A program made the translations under genes and the position numbers. Shown here piece by piece: positions 51,849 through 61,220 of a DNA stretch of 64,000 nucleotides. Within the stretch, counting starts at the first letter, position 1. Every line of letters starts with the position of its first letter. This DNA is from Minisyncoccota bacterium (GTDB lineage: Bacteria; Patescibacteriota; Minisyncoccia; Phycocordibacterales; UBA9973): the NCBI GenBank assembly GCA_041663005.1, contig JBAZRK010000001.1, forward strand, positions 93,360 to 157,359, read 5' to 3'. The notes below the pieces were generated by a model. The model worked only from the letters and a program-made list of their open reading frames with translations, ran no database searches and was not told the origin of the DNA.

Positions 51849-53541
51849 TTTTTCTCTTCGGTCCAGAATAGTGGTATTTTGTATCATACTGTTTTCGGGC
51901 GCGCTTCTAACGAAGCTTTTTTGGGTGCAGGTGGTCCACGGCGACTATTATTCCGGTGAGGCGGACAGACAGTACGTGACTCCGTCCACGGACATTTACG
52001 AAAGAGGCACGATTTATTTCCAGCGTAAAGATGGCGAGCTAATCTCGGCAGCAACGCAGGTGTCGGGCTTCAAACTGGCTGTGAATCCTGTGAAGATTGC
52101 GAATGCGGAAGATGCGTATGAGAAAATAAATAAAATATTTCCACTTGAACGCGCAGATTTTATCGCCAAGGCCGCTAAATCGAACGACCCTTACGAAGAA
52201 GTTGGTTCTCGCTTAACTAAAGAGGAAGCGGACAAAGTCTCGGGGCTCAAGATAGCAGGGGTGAGCGTTTTTAAGGAAAAGTGGCGTTTTTACGCCGGAG
52301 AAAGTTTGGCTTCGCACGTGCTGGGGTTCGTAGGCTTCAAGGGGGACGAGCTGGGCGGCCGTTATGGACTTGAGCGACAATATGATTCTCTCCTTTCACG
52401 CGGAGTGAACGAGCCGTATGTAAATTTCTTCGCGGAAGTTTTTTCAAATATTAAAAAAAGTTTAAATGAAGATAACAAGGAAGGGGATATAATAACAACG
52501 ATTGAACCTCAAGTGCAAGCCTTTCTTGAAAGCAAACTTGACGAAGTTAGATTGAAATACCCCGTTGATAGTATCGGCGGTATCATTATGAACCCTAAAG
52601 ACGGTTCCATATACGCTATGGCGGCGATGCCAGATTTTGACCCGAACAAATTTTCAGAAGCGGAAAACAATTTTGTTTTTACCAATCCGTTGGTAGAAAA
52701 TGTACTAGAATTTGGCTCCGTGGTTAAGCCTCTGGTTATGGCCGGAGCGCTAGACGCCGGAGTGGTGACCGCCAAGACAACTTACACCGACACGGGCTCG
52801 GTGATAGTGGAGAAAAAGGAAATATTCAATTTCGATAAAAAGGGTCGCGGTCCGGGTACAACGATGCAGGATGTTTTAAACCAATCCCTAAACACCGGAA
52901 TGGTTTTCGTTGAGAAAAAGTTAGGGAAGGAAAAAATGAAAAATTACCTTTTAGGTTTCGGCATCCGAGATAAAACAGACATAGACCTGCCCAATGAAAC
53001 CAGTGGACTTGTCTCAGGAATTTTAAATAGCCCTCGTGAAATAGAGTATGCGAACGCTGCTTTTGGACAGGGAATCGCTTTAACACCCATAGAGCTTGTC
53101 CGGGCGCTGGCTTCACTCGGGAACGGTGGTTTACTGGTAAAGCCTCACGTAGTGGATAAAATAAAATACAGCGATGGCACGGAGAAAAAAATGACTTATC
53201 CATCTACGGCTACTAATATTACGGCTGCTACTTCCGAGGAAATCACGCGAATGCTTGTAACCGTTATGGATAAGGGTGTTGGAAAACCGCTTGAGCATTT
53301 TAGTGTTGCAGTGAAGACGGGTACGGCGCAAGTTGCGGATAATGTTTCTGGCGGATATTATAAGGACAAGCATACGCATTCTTTTGTCGGTTACTTCCCG
53401 GCGTATGACCCACAGTTTATAATTCTCTTGTATGCAGTAAATCCAACTGGTACACCGTATGCGGTTACGACCTGGGGTGATCCATTTCTTGACACTACCA
53501 AGTTTCTCTTAAATTATTATAATATTCCGCCCGACAGATAA
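51838..53541 (+). CDS. ftsI: class B penicillin-binding protein (FtsI/PBP3-like)
   Basis: GSVVKP (SxxK), SLN, KTGTAQ; dcw context. Confidence 0.85.
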   Translation: MKSSFSLRSRIVVFCIILFSGALLTKLFWVQVVHGDYYSGEADRQYVTPSTDIYERGTIYFQRKDGELISAATQVSGFKLAVNPVKIANAEDAYEKINKIFPLERADFIAKAAKSNDPYEEVGSRLTKEEADKVSGLKIAGVSVFKEKWRFYAGESLASHVLGFVGFKGDELGGRYGLERQYDSLLSRGVNEPYVNFFAEVFSNIKKSLNEDNKEGDIITTIEPQVQAFLESKLDEVRLKYPVDSIGGIIMNPKDGSIYAMAAMPDFDPNKFSEAENNFVFTNPLVENVLEFGSVVKPLVMAGALDAGVVTAKTTYTDTGSVIVEKKEIFNFDKKGRGPGTTMQDVLNQSLNTGMVFVEKKLGKEKMKNYLLGFGIRDKTDIDLPNETSGLVSGILNSPREIEYANAAFGQGIALTPIELVRALASLGNGGLLVKPHVVDKIKYSDGTEKKMTYPSTATNITAATSEEITRMLVTVMDKGVGKPLEHFSVAVKTGTAQVADNVSGGYYKDKHTHSFVGYFPAYDPQFIILLYAVNPTGTPYAVTTWGDPFLDTTKFLLNYYNIPPDR

Positions 53542-53572
53542 TTACCCACAAGTCCGACTTGTGGGAAGAAAT

Positions 53573-54877
53573 ATGAAAACATTTTTTAAAAAAATACTTA
53601 CATATGTTTTAAAAACAGAATCCCGCCTGGTGTTGTGGAAATACAAGCCGCGGGTTATTGCCATTACCGGTTCCGTGGGGAAAACTTCCACAAAAGATGC
53701 AGTCTATGCCGTGCTGTCGGATCTTTCCTATGTTCGGAAAAGCGAGAAGAGTTTCAATTCTGAGATTGGCTTGCCCCTCTCAGTGCTCGGTATTCCAAAT
53801 GGCTGGAACAATCCAATTTCCTGGATTCTAAATATTCTCCGCGGGTTGTGGTTATTTATTTGGCCACATAAATATCCGAAATGGCTGGTGCTTGAGGTGG
53901 GTGTCGGCAAGCCTGGGGATATGGAGAAAACGGCTCTCTGGCTTAAAACCGATGCGGTGATAATCACGACAATAGGCGAGACGCCGGTGCATATAGAATT
54001 TTTCGAATCGCGAAAACATTTGATAGAAGAAAAAGCCGCGCTAATAAAAACTTTGAAACCGGACGGCTTGCTCGTCCTAAATAGGGACGATGAAACGGTG
54101 ATAGAAATGAAAGGCAGGACCAGGAACCGCTGTGTGACTTTCGGCTTCAGCGAAGGATCTGATATTCGCGGCTCGAGCGACAACATTTCTTACAATGAAA
54201 AAAACGAGCCTGAAGGAATAATTTTCCGTGTGGATGCCGAGGGTAAAAGTTTACCCGTGGTCATTGATGGCGTCTTCGGACGGAATCATGTCTATGCTTC
54301 GCTGTCGGCCTTGGCGCTTGCTTCAGGACTTAAATTAAATATTTTATCCGCTGCCGATTCGCTAAGAAACTATGATGTACCGCCGGGTAGAATGCGACTC
54401 CTGAAAGGCATAAAAAGCTCTCTCATTGTTGACGACACCTACAATTCCTCGCCTTTTGCTTGTGAGTCGGCGCTCCGAACACTAGGGCAAGTAAAGTGCC
54501 GCATTGAAGGCTGTCGCAAGGTTGCAGTGCTCGGGGATATGCTCGAGCTTGGCAAACATACTATAGAGGCACATAAAAATGTGGGCAAACTTGCCAGAGA
54601 TAGTGCTGAGGTACTAATTGTTGTGGGGCCCCGAGCGAAAAATATTAAAGAAGGTGCACTTGAGACGGGAATGAAGGACGATCAGATCTTTGAATTTACG
54701 GACTCCAGAGAAGTGGGAGAATTCCTTAAAACTTTCATCAAGAAAAATGACATCGTGCTTATCAAAGGCTCACAAGGGATGCGAATGGAGCGCGCCGTGG
54801 AAGCAATACTCCTCGAACAAGACAGTAAAAAAATGCTCCTAGTCCGCCAAGACAAAGAATGGTTAGATAAAAAATAA
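53573..54877 (+). CDS. murF: UDP-MurNAc-tripeptide--D-Ala-D-Ala ligase MurF
   Basis: ITGSVGKTSTK, NSEIGLP, DDTYNSSP, LGDMLELG, IKGS. Confidence 0.92.
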   Translation: MKTFFKKILTYVLKTESRLVLWKYKPRVIAITGSVGKTSTKDAVYAVLSDLSYVRKSEKSFNSEIGLPLSVLGIPNGWNNPISWILNILRGLWLFIWPHKYPKWLVLEVGVGKPGDMEKTALWLKTDAVIITTIGETPVHIEFFESRKHLIEEKAALIKTLKPDGLLVLNRDDETVIEMKGRTRNRCVTFGFSEGSDIRGSSDNISYNEKNEPEGIIFRVDAEGKSLPVVIDGVFGRNHVYASLSALALASGLKLNILSAADSLRNYDVPPGRMRLLKGIKSSLIVDDTYNSSPFACESALRTLGQVKCRIEGCRKVAVLGDMLELGKHTIEAHKNVGKLARDSAEVLIVVGPRAKNIKEGALETGMKDDQIFEFTDSREVGEFLKTFIKKNDIVLIKGSQGMRMERAVEAILLEQDSKKMLLVRQDKEWLDKK

Positions 54878-54957
54878 TTCTTACTGAAATTTTACAGTAC
54901 CTGGCATTTTGACAATCCTTTTTAAAGAGTATAATTGTTGCTGGATAGAAAGGAGAC

Positions 54958-55245
54958 ATGATGATTCTCGAGATCGCAACGTACCATTCGGTTTTCAGCG
55001 TGTTCGTCAATAGTAGTAAAATCACTATGGTGTTGTCGCAAGCAGAAGTAGACAACATCCGCATGGAATACTGGAAAGGGGATTTTACTATTCACGGTAG
55101 TAGGATTACCGTGTTTGGCACAAGTCCGACGATGTGCCAGGTGAGGGCGAGTCGGATTTTCTGGGCCGTTGAAAAGGCGGCCGAGGATAAAGACAATCAC
55201 GCTGAACTGAGCCCTGTGCTCCCGGAGTTGCTGGTTACCGGATAA
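54958..55245 (+). CDS. orphan small protein (SD-led)
   Basis: TTGACA..TATAAT promoter (15-nt spacer), AAAGGAGAC-ATG, 3' hairpin. Confidence 0.5.
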   Translation: MMILEIATYHSVFSVFVNSSKITMVLSQAEVDNIRMEYWKGDFTIHGSRITVFGTSPTMCQVRASRIFWAVEKAAEDKDNHAELSPVLPELLVTG

Positions 55246-55349
55246 AAACCAGCAGCACTTTCAATTTCATTTTGACACTATGCCTAAAATTTTCTTATAA
55301 ATTTAAAATTTCCGAATATTCGGACGTCCAACGTCCGAATGAGTTGATT

Positions 55350-55535
55350 TTACAAGGATATTTTGGCTTTGAGTTTTTTGAAAAGATGCGTTACCTTTCT
55401 TCTCCCGAATATCCAAACTAATCCGAGCACCACGAGAAAAGTGCTCCCAGGGATAGGGAGTATGTATGAGGCCAACCCCACAACGATCAGAAGTACACCA
55501 AGAATTGCGTGATGGTGTTCCGTTTTTATTATCAT
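55350..55535 (-). CDS. small membrane protein (PGPGW-like)
   Basis: LPIPGS between two hydrophobic segments. Confidence 0.5.
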   Translation of the reverse strand: MIIKTEHHHAILGVLLIVVGLASYILPIPGSTFLVVLGLVWIFGRRKVTHLFKKLKAKISL

Positions 55536-55594
55536 GGACCTATTTTAACACAAGTATTAATTTATAGTTGAGGTTAATGTGATAAAATAGATTT

Positions 55595-56422
55595 ATGAAA
55601 AAGACAGCCTTAGTGGAATCCGGCGGAGGTATGGCAGCTTGCTACATAGCTGGAGCTACGTACGCGATATCAAAAAATTTCAACTCTTTTAAACCCGATA
55701 TGGTCATCGGCGGGTCGGGGAGCACCGGCACGCTGTCTTACTATGTTGCCGGGCAGACAGAATCTATTAAAAATATTTGGCTCAATCTACTATGCAATAA
55801 GAAATTCATAAACCCTTTTCGGTTCTGGCGCGTCATAGACATAGACTATTTAATTGATGTGGTGTTTAAAAAAGAGGATACTTTGGCGGAAGAAAATATC
55901 TATCAATCCAATATTGAATACCTCATCTCTACTACGAATCATAAAACCCGCAAATTGGAATACTTCTCTAATAAGAAGAAAGAAAATGTTTTTGAATCAA
56001 TGCGAGCCAGTATGGCTATGCCCGTGGCATTTAATAAATATATTAGGATTAACCACAAAGAATATTGCGACACAATTGTTTCTGCTTCTGTAAAACTAAA
56101 CATAGAACAAGCGCTCAAGCTAGGCGCGGAGAAAATTATAGTTGTCAGTGTCGATGATTTACACACAAGTAAATTTACCGATTTCTTTTACAATATGTGG
56201 CTTAAGGTGCAAAGCAAGAAATTTCTTAAAAATTACCAGAAAGAAGAAGCCGAAACATATGTTATTCCGGAAAATGTGAAAATTTTACGCATTGAACCGC
56301 GCAAAAAACTAAGTATTGGAACGCTTGGGAATACGAGAGAATTATTGGCGAGAACTTTTGCCCATGGGTACAGAGATGTCCTTAGGAACGAGCTATTGCG
56401 AGAATTTTTGCTTTCGGATTAA
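55595..56422 (+). CDS. patatin-like phospholipase
   Basis: SGGGM, GGSGS nucleophile, RASMAMP, YCD. Confidence 0.8.
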   Translation: MKKTALVESGGGMAACYIAGATYAISKNFNSFKPDMVIGGSGSTGTLSYYVAGQTESIKNIWLNLLCNKKFINPFRFWRVIDIDYLIDVVFKKEDTLAEENIYQSNIEYLISTTNHKTRKLEYFSNKKKENVFESMRASMAMPVAFNKYIRINHKEYCDTIVSASVKLNIEQALKLGAEKIIVVSVDDLHTSKFTDFFYNMWLKVQSKKFLKNYQKEEAETYVIPENVKILRIEPRKKLSIGTLGNTRELLARTFAHGYRDVLRNELLREFLLSD

Positions 56423-56428
56423 TCAGGT

Positions 56429-57634
56429 CTAGATTTGCAACAGGTCGGCGATGTAGTCTACGTCCTTATCTCCTCGGCCAGAGAGATTTACAATTATGAT
56501 TTTCTCCCTGCTTAAGGTGGGCGCAAGTTTGATTGCTTCTGCTACGGCATGTGCACTCTCGAGTGCCGGGATAATTCCTTCGACTCTCGAGAGTTCCTTG
56601 AAGGCATTGAGCGCTTCGTTGTCAGAAATTGAAGTGTATCTCACCCTAGATATATCTTTGAGGTACGAGTGTAATGGTCCGACGCCAGGGTAGTCCAAGC
56701 CCGAAGCTATCGAGTGGACGGCATCTGGTTCACCATTTTTATTTTGAAGAACCATAGTTTTCATCCCGTGTATTACCCCGAGTGTGCCGTGAGTTATAGT
56801 AGCAGCATGGTCGCCGACCTTGTGTCCTCGTCCTGCGGGTTCAACTCCTACCAACTGCACAGGGTCATCTAGAAATTCATTAAAGAGACCTATTGCGTTT
56901 GATCCGCCGCCGACGCACGCAATGGCATAGTCTGGGAGCCTATTCTCCCGAATGAGTATTTGCTTCTTAGCTTCTTTGCCGACGACTGACTGAAAGTCGC
57001 GCACTATCATCGGGTAGGGATGAGGCCCGACGACAGAACCAATGGCGAAGAAAGTATCGTGATACTCTTCCATAAACTTCGCAAAAGCGCTGTCCACAGC
57101 ATCCTTCAAGCATTTGCCTCCCGAGTTCACCTCCACAACTTTCGCCCCGAGAAGCTTCATCCGAATCACGTTCGGGTGCTGCTTGGCAATATCTATTGAC
57201 CCCATATGAATTTCGCACTCGAGGCCAACCAGTGCGGCTGCTGTGGCGAGGGCGACGCCGTGCTGGCCAGCGCCTGTCTCCGCTAGTAACTTCTTTTTAC
57301 CCATTCTTTTCGCAAGCAAGGCTTCGCCGATACAGTGATTTATTTTGTGTGCCCCGGTGTGGTTCAGATCTTCTCTCTTTAGGTAAATTTTTGCGCCACC
57401 GAGCTTTTCTGTTAGGTTCCTGGCGAAGTAGAGCGGGGAAGGCCGACCCACATAATTTTTCAGCAATTCCGTTAGCTCGTTTTTGAAGGTTGGGTCGTCC
57501 TTGGCTACTTCATACGCTTCGGCAATTTCTTTTAGTGGCTCTACCAATTGCGGAGGAATAAAGCTTCCGCCGAATTCTCCGTAGTACCCATTTTTATCCG
57601 GTAAGTTTTTTAATGATTTGGTTTGTGTTTGCAT
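56429..57634 (-). CDS. trpB: tryptophan synthase beta chain
   Basis: [13 protein letters not shown] (PLP Lys), [32 protein letters not shown]. Confidence 0.96.
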   Translation of the reverse strand: MQTQTKSLKNLPDKNGYYGEFGGSFIPPQLVEPLKEIAEAYEVAKDDPTFKNELTELLKNYVGRPSPLYFARNLTEKLGGAKIYLKREDLNHTGAHKINHCIGEALLAKRMGKKKLLAETGAGQHGVALATAAALVGLECEIHMGSIDIAKQHPNVIRMKLLGAKVVEVNSGGKCLKDAVDSAFAKFMEEYHDTFFAIGSVVGPHPYPMIVRDFQSVVGKEAKKQILIRENRLPDYAIACVGGGSNAIGLFNEFLDDPVQLVGVEPAGRGHKVGDHAATITHGTLGVIHGMKTMVLQNKNGEPDAVHSIASGLDYPGVGPLHSYLKDISRVRYTSISDNEALNAFKELSRVEGIIPALESAHAVAEAIKLAPTLSREKIIIVNLSGRGDKDVDYIADLLQI

Positions 57635-57734
57635 ATAATTTTTCTAAATTTGTAATCTTAAAAACTCGAACGAGCTTGGTTCGCCAGAATTCAGTGCAAT
57701 GATGTTTAAAGATAAATTTGTTCATAAAATACAA

Positions 57735-57864
57735 AATAAAAGCCCACAACTTAAGTGGGTGCGTGTTGCTTATTCTTTAGAGTTAATTATAAATACAACA
57801 AAGGCTACCCACTTATGTGAGTGAGCCACCAAGCTGTATTAAAATAATTAACCTTTCCTAACAT
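57735..57864 (-). promoter_or_regulatory. Trp-sensing transcription attenuator with leader peptide MLGKVNYFNTAWWLTHISG (57805-57864)
   Basis: Tandem TGG TGG; AAGTGGGT/ACCCACTT antiterminator; CCCAC-TTAAGTT-GTGGG-CTTTT terminator. Confidence 0.8.
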
Positions 57865-58193
57865 GCTTTTATTATATAATGTTTAAAACAATTGGCAAGA
57901 GGCATATTTTTACTTGGGCAGGGGAGTTGGTTCTTCGGTAAAGAGTTGGAAAAATATTTGCAAGGCAGCGTGGAGTAGGAATACTTCGCATGCAAAGCGC
58001 ATGTGAGCCACAATAATTTGCTTACCGTCGTAAGCAAATGTGGTCACAAGTTACTAAATTTTTTACTTCATAAAATCGTAAAAAATATAAGTACTCGCGA
58101 CCCCGGCTCGCGATTGCGTGTGCTCATGCAATATCGCTGCGCCTTCACGGCGAAAAGCAAAAAACTCCACGCAGGTGGAGTTTTTTGTCGCCG

Positions 58194-58265
58194 TGACCCT
58201 ACAGAGAATCGAACTCTGATTTTATCCTTGAGAAGGATACGTCCTAACCGTTAGACGATAGGGCC
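58194..58265 (-). tRNA. tRNA-Glu(CTC)
   Basis: TATCC-TT-CTC-AA-GGATA; GTTCGATTC. Confidence 0.95.
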
Positions 58266-58382
58266 AGTAGGGGAAATATAACATTTTATTTTTTGTTTCG
58301 CCACAGTTTTCACTCAGAAATGCCATATTTGCTAGGCATTCTAGTGCTTGACTTTTGCCAATAAAATATGTTATAATATATA

Positions 58383-58507
58383 TGTCTGGGGTTGAGGTGT
58401 CCCGCCTGTTAGTGGCTATGGACGAACGGAACAACGAAGAACTATACCTCATATCCACGCCTCCCCCAGACAACCCCATCACCCGACGCAAGTTGGGCAT
58501 TTTTTTA
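58383..58507 (+). ncRNA. candidate small stable RNA (6S-like hairpin with large internal loop)
   Basis: TTGACT-18-TATAAT promoter; TGTCTGGGG/CCCCAGACA closing stem; CCCGAC-GCAA-GTTGGG plus U-run terminator. Confidence 0.45.
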
Positions 58508-58515
58508 TTTATTTT

Positions 58516-59508
58516 TTAATCTTCGAGTCTTGGCTTTTCGACTTCGAGAAGATTTATCTCTGGGCTAGCGCCGGCAATTTTCAAAACATCTTTATCTATC
58601 TTTTTTAATTCTTTATTCGACGCGTTGTAGTGGTTCACTACAGTGCCCAGGGCGTTTCCAAGTTTGGTGTGATATTCATCGTAGGATTTCAAATGTTTGC
58701 CGAGGTCTTCAACTTTTTTAATTATTTCTTTTGCCGACTCCTCAATTTTAAAAGCTTTAAATCCGTAGAGTACGGACTGGAGGTAGGCCATAAAGGTCGT
58801 CGGAGAAATTACTATGACTTTCTTCTCGTTGTAAGCGTAGTCTATGAGGTTCCTGGTGTTTACTTTTATTGAGCCCACTTCGTTCACCAGGAGATCGTAA
58901 TAAATAGCTTCCGCGGGAATATACATAAAGGCGAAGGGGAGAGTACCTTCTTCTGGGCGGACGTATTTTGCAGTTTCGTCGATGCGCTTTTTTAAATCGC
59001 TTTTGAATTCCTTCTCGAGTTCTTCTCTTTGCCTGTCGTCCATAGCGTGGACCACGCGGTCGTAGTTGTCGAGCGAGAACTTGGCGTCGATAGGGATGAT
59101 GCCTTCTTTGGTTATTATCGCAGCGTCCACCACTTCTTTATTCTTAAATTCATATTGCATCTTGAATTGCCCGGGCGCGAGAGTGTTCGAAAGTATGAGC
59201 TCGAGCGAAGCTTCCCCCCAGTTGCCGCGCTGTTTCTGATGTTTTAAAGTTTTTTCCAAGTCTCCCAATTTATCTGCAATAGTTATGAATTGCCTAGTGG
59301 CTTCGTTGGTCTTCGTTTGTTCACGAGCTACCTCGACTAAATTTTTATTTACTTCACGAGTAAGCTCAGCCATTTGCTGCTGGAGCATCAGGAGCGCCGG
59401 GCTGTCCTCATTCTTCGTCTCAGGTTCCTCCTTTTTTTTATTAAAAATAAAATAGGCTAAAACTCCGCCAATAACCAAACCTAGAATTATTCCTCCCAAA
59501 TTTTCCAT
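58516..59508 (-). CDS. rmuC: DNA recombination protein RmuC
   Basis: RGNWGE, IPIDAKF, FAFMYIPAE, SPTT. Confidence 0.92.
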   Translation of the reverse strand: MENLGGIILGLVIGGVLAYFIFNKKKEEPETKNEDSPALLMLQQQMAELTREVNKNLVEVAREQTKTNEATRQFITIADKLGDLEKTLKHQKQRGNWGEASLELILSNTLAPGQFKMQYEFKNKEVVDAAIITKEGIIPIDAKFSLDNYDRVVHAMDDRQREELEKEFKSDLKKRIDETAKYVRPEEGTLPFAFMYIPAEAIYYDLLVNEVGSIKVNTRNLIDYAYNEKKVIVISPTTFMAYLQSVLYGFKAFKIEESAKEIIKKVEDLGKHLKSYDEYHTKLGNALGTVVNHYNASNKELKKIDKDVLKIAGASPEINLLEVEKPRLED

Positions 59509-59564
59509 AAATATATTTTAGCATAAAAAGGAAAGCCACGGGTGAGCGCGGCTCCCCGTGGCGA

Positions 59565-59807
59565 TTACTTCTTTTTTCCCCCGTGTCGTGAGCGAACCCC
59601 GAACACGAGGGGCGACCACTCTGCGGAATCCAGGAGCTCGTAGCCCCTCGATTCGAGCTCGTCGGAAATGTACTTGGTCAGAGTACCATTACCGAGCCGA
59701 AGCCCCGGCTCAAGACCGAAGCTTACCACACAATGCCCACCCTTCATCAGGTGGGCTTCCGTGAAGTGGTTGTTGTTCCCCTCCACGGCCAGCCAGAATT
59801 TCTTCAT
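59565..59807 (-). CDS. GC-rich orphan small protein (SD-led)
   Basis: TTGACA-16-TATAAT promoter, GGGAGGG SD, GCCACGGG/CCCGTGGC terminator. Confidence 0.6.
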   Translation of the reverse strand: MKKFWLAVEGNNNHFTEAHLMKGGHCVVSFGLEPGLRLGNGTLTKYISDELESRGYELLDSAEWSPLVFGVRSRHGGKKK

Positions 59808-59889
59808 CTGGCCCTCCCGGCGCAGTTAAGCGCCAAATTAGACTCCAATATGGTATTATACACGAAAAAGCCGTTTTGTCAATCTAGGC

Positions 59890-60648
59890 TTATTTTTCCA
59901 GGTAATGTTTGAGGGTGTAAATCCAGTCTTCTTCCATTTGGCCGCTTTCGAGCTTCTGGGCTAGGAGCCACTCCAGGTAGCCGCGGTCGGTGGCACAAAC
60001 TTCTTCGAGCGTCTTGCCGTTGTGTTTGCCGAAGTTGATGGTTCGGAAGATGGATGGGTGCGAAGATATGTCTATCATTTTTGCTATCGCATCTGCTTCT
60101 GTTAACTCTTTCCCGACGCTTGCGGTCGGGACCCCGACCTCTCCGAGCGTCGGGGCTTTTATTATTTTATTTTTAAGTCTGTCGAAAAGTTTCTCGAGCA
60201 CGAGCACATCACCCAGAGCATCGTGTGCTGTGGCTTCGACGTCTAGGTCGAGCAAGTAGCGGAGATATTGCAAATTGTAGCGTTCAATTTTGCCCTCTTT
60301 GTCGAGTTCGCGAGCTACCCGAAGCGTGCAGATGAAATTCTTAGGATTTATGTCTTCGCGGGCCATTATCATCAGGTCGAACTGGGCGTTGTGGGCTACG
60401 ACGACAGAATTTGCGTCCTCAAAAAGCTTTTTAATGATGGGTTGATCGGTGCTTTCTTTGAAGGTAGGCTTGTTCTCTACCATTTTGTTCGTGATGTGGT
60501 GGACCGCGGAAGCTTCGGGGGGAATTTTTACCGGGGGTTTATAGAGTTCGTTAAAAGATGCATCTCCGGTTTTGTAAGCGAGCTGCACTAGGAAATCTTT
60601 TTCAGTATTTCCGGTTGTTTCCGTATCGAAAAATACAAGTTTCTTCAT
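59890..60648 (-). CDS. DEDDh 3'-5' exonuclease (DnaQ/ExoX-like) with C-terminal FGKH-type small domain
   Basis: FDTETTG, AHNAQFD, AHDALGD, FGKHNGK...YLEW. Confidence 0.88.
   Translation of the reverse strand: MKKLVFFDTETTGNTEKDFLVQLAYKTGDASFNELYKPPVKIPPEASAVHHITNKMVENKPTFKESTDQPIIKKLFEDANSVVVAHNAQFDLMIMAREDINPKNFICTLRVARELDKEGKIERYNLQYLRYLLDLDVEATAHDALGDVLVLEKLFDRLKNKIIKAPTLGEVGVPTASVGKELTEADAIAKMIDISSHPSIFRTINFGKHNGKTLEEVCATDRGYLEWLLAQKLESGQMEEDWIYTLKHYLEK
60111..60156. repeat. double-hairpin element inserted in-frame in exonuclease gene
   Basis: CCCGAC...GTCGGG then CCCCGAC...GAGCGTCGGGG; encodes APTLGEVGVPTASVG. Confidence 0.65.
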
Positions 60649-60770
60649 AGTGCTATTTTAGCACATTTCTGATAGAATAAATAAATTATAAAAATCAAAC
60701 TTTGCTGCGTTAGGTCATAAGGATAATGCTCTGGCAAAGTTTATTTTAGTAATTTATTCAATTTATTTAT

Positions 60771-61220
60771 ATGATTCACGAAGAAATAAAAAACAAAATA
60801 AAAGAAGCAATGATGGCGAAGGACAGCGTAGCGCTTGAAACGTACCGGGGTATGTCCGCGGCTTTTACTAATGACCTGGTAGCTCGGGGCAAGAAGCCGA
60901 ACGAGGTGCTGGCCGACGATGAAGCTCTGGCTGTCATTACCAAGATGAGCAAACAACGCAAGGACTCTATTGAGCAATTCCAAAAGGGGAACCGCGAAGA
61001 CTTAGTGAAGGCGGAGCAGGCTCAGCTGGCCATACTTGAGACATACTTGCCGAAGCTTATGGAGCGAGGGGAAGTTGAGAAAATAGCGAAGGCCAAGAAA
61101 GAAGAGCTTGGAATTGTCGACCCGGCAAAAAAGGGGATGCTTATGTCCGGACTAATGAAAGACCTCAAGGGCAAAGCGGACGGGACACTTGTTAAGGAAG
61201 TAGTAGACTCTTTATTTTAG
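60771..61220 (+). CDS. GatB/YqeY domain protein
   Basis: KEAMMAKD, KQRKDSIEQF..GNREDL, YLP, KADG. Confidence 0.9.
   Translation: MIHEEIKNKIKEAMMAKDSVALETYRGMSAAFTNDLVARGKKPNEVLADDEALAVITKMSKQRKDSIEQFQKGNREDLVKAEQAQLAILETYLPKLMERGEVEKIAKAKKEELGIVDPAKKGMLMSGLMKDLKGKADGTLVKEVVDSLF

Noticed and set aside
58194-58265. Shared ends of the two tRNA-Glu genes as att repeats of a 24-kb element
   Set aside because: They are complete isoacceptor tRNAs (TTC and CTC) in opposite orientation flanking core genes.
58383-58472. SRP (4.5S) RNA
   Set aside because: It lacks the conserved domain IV CAGG...GGAA...AGCAG motif.
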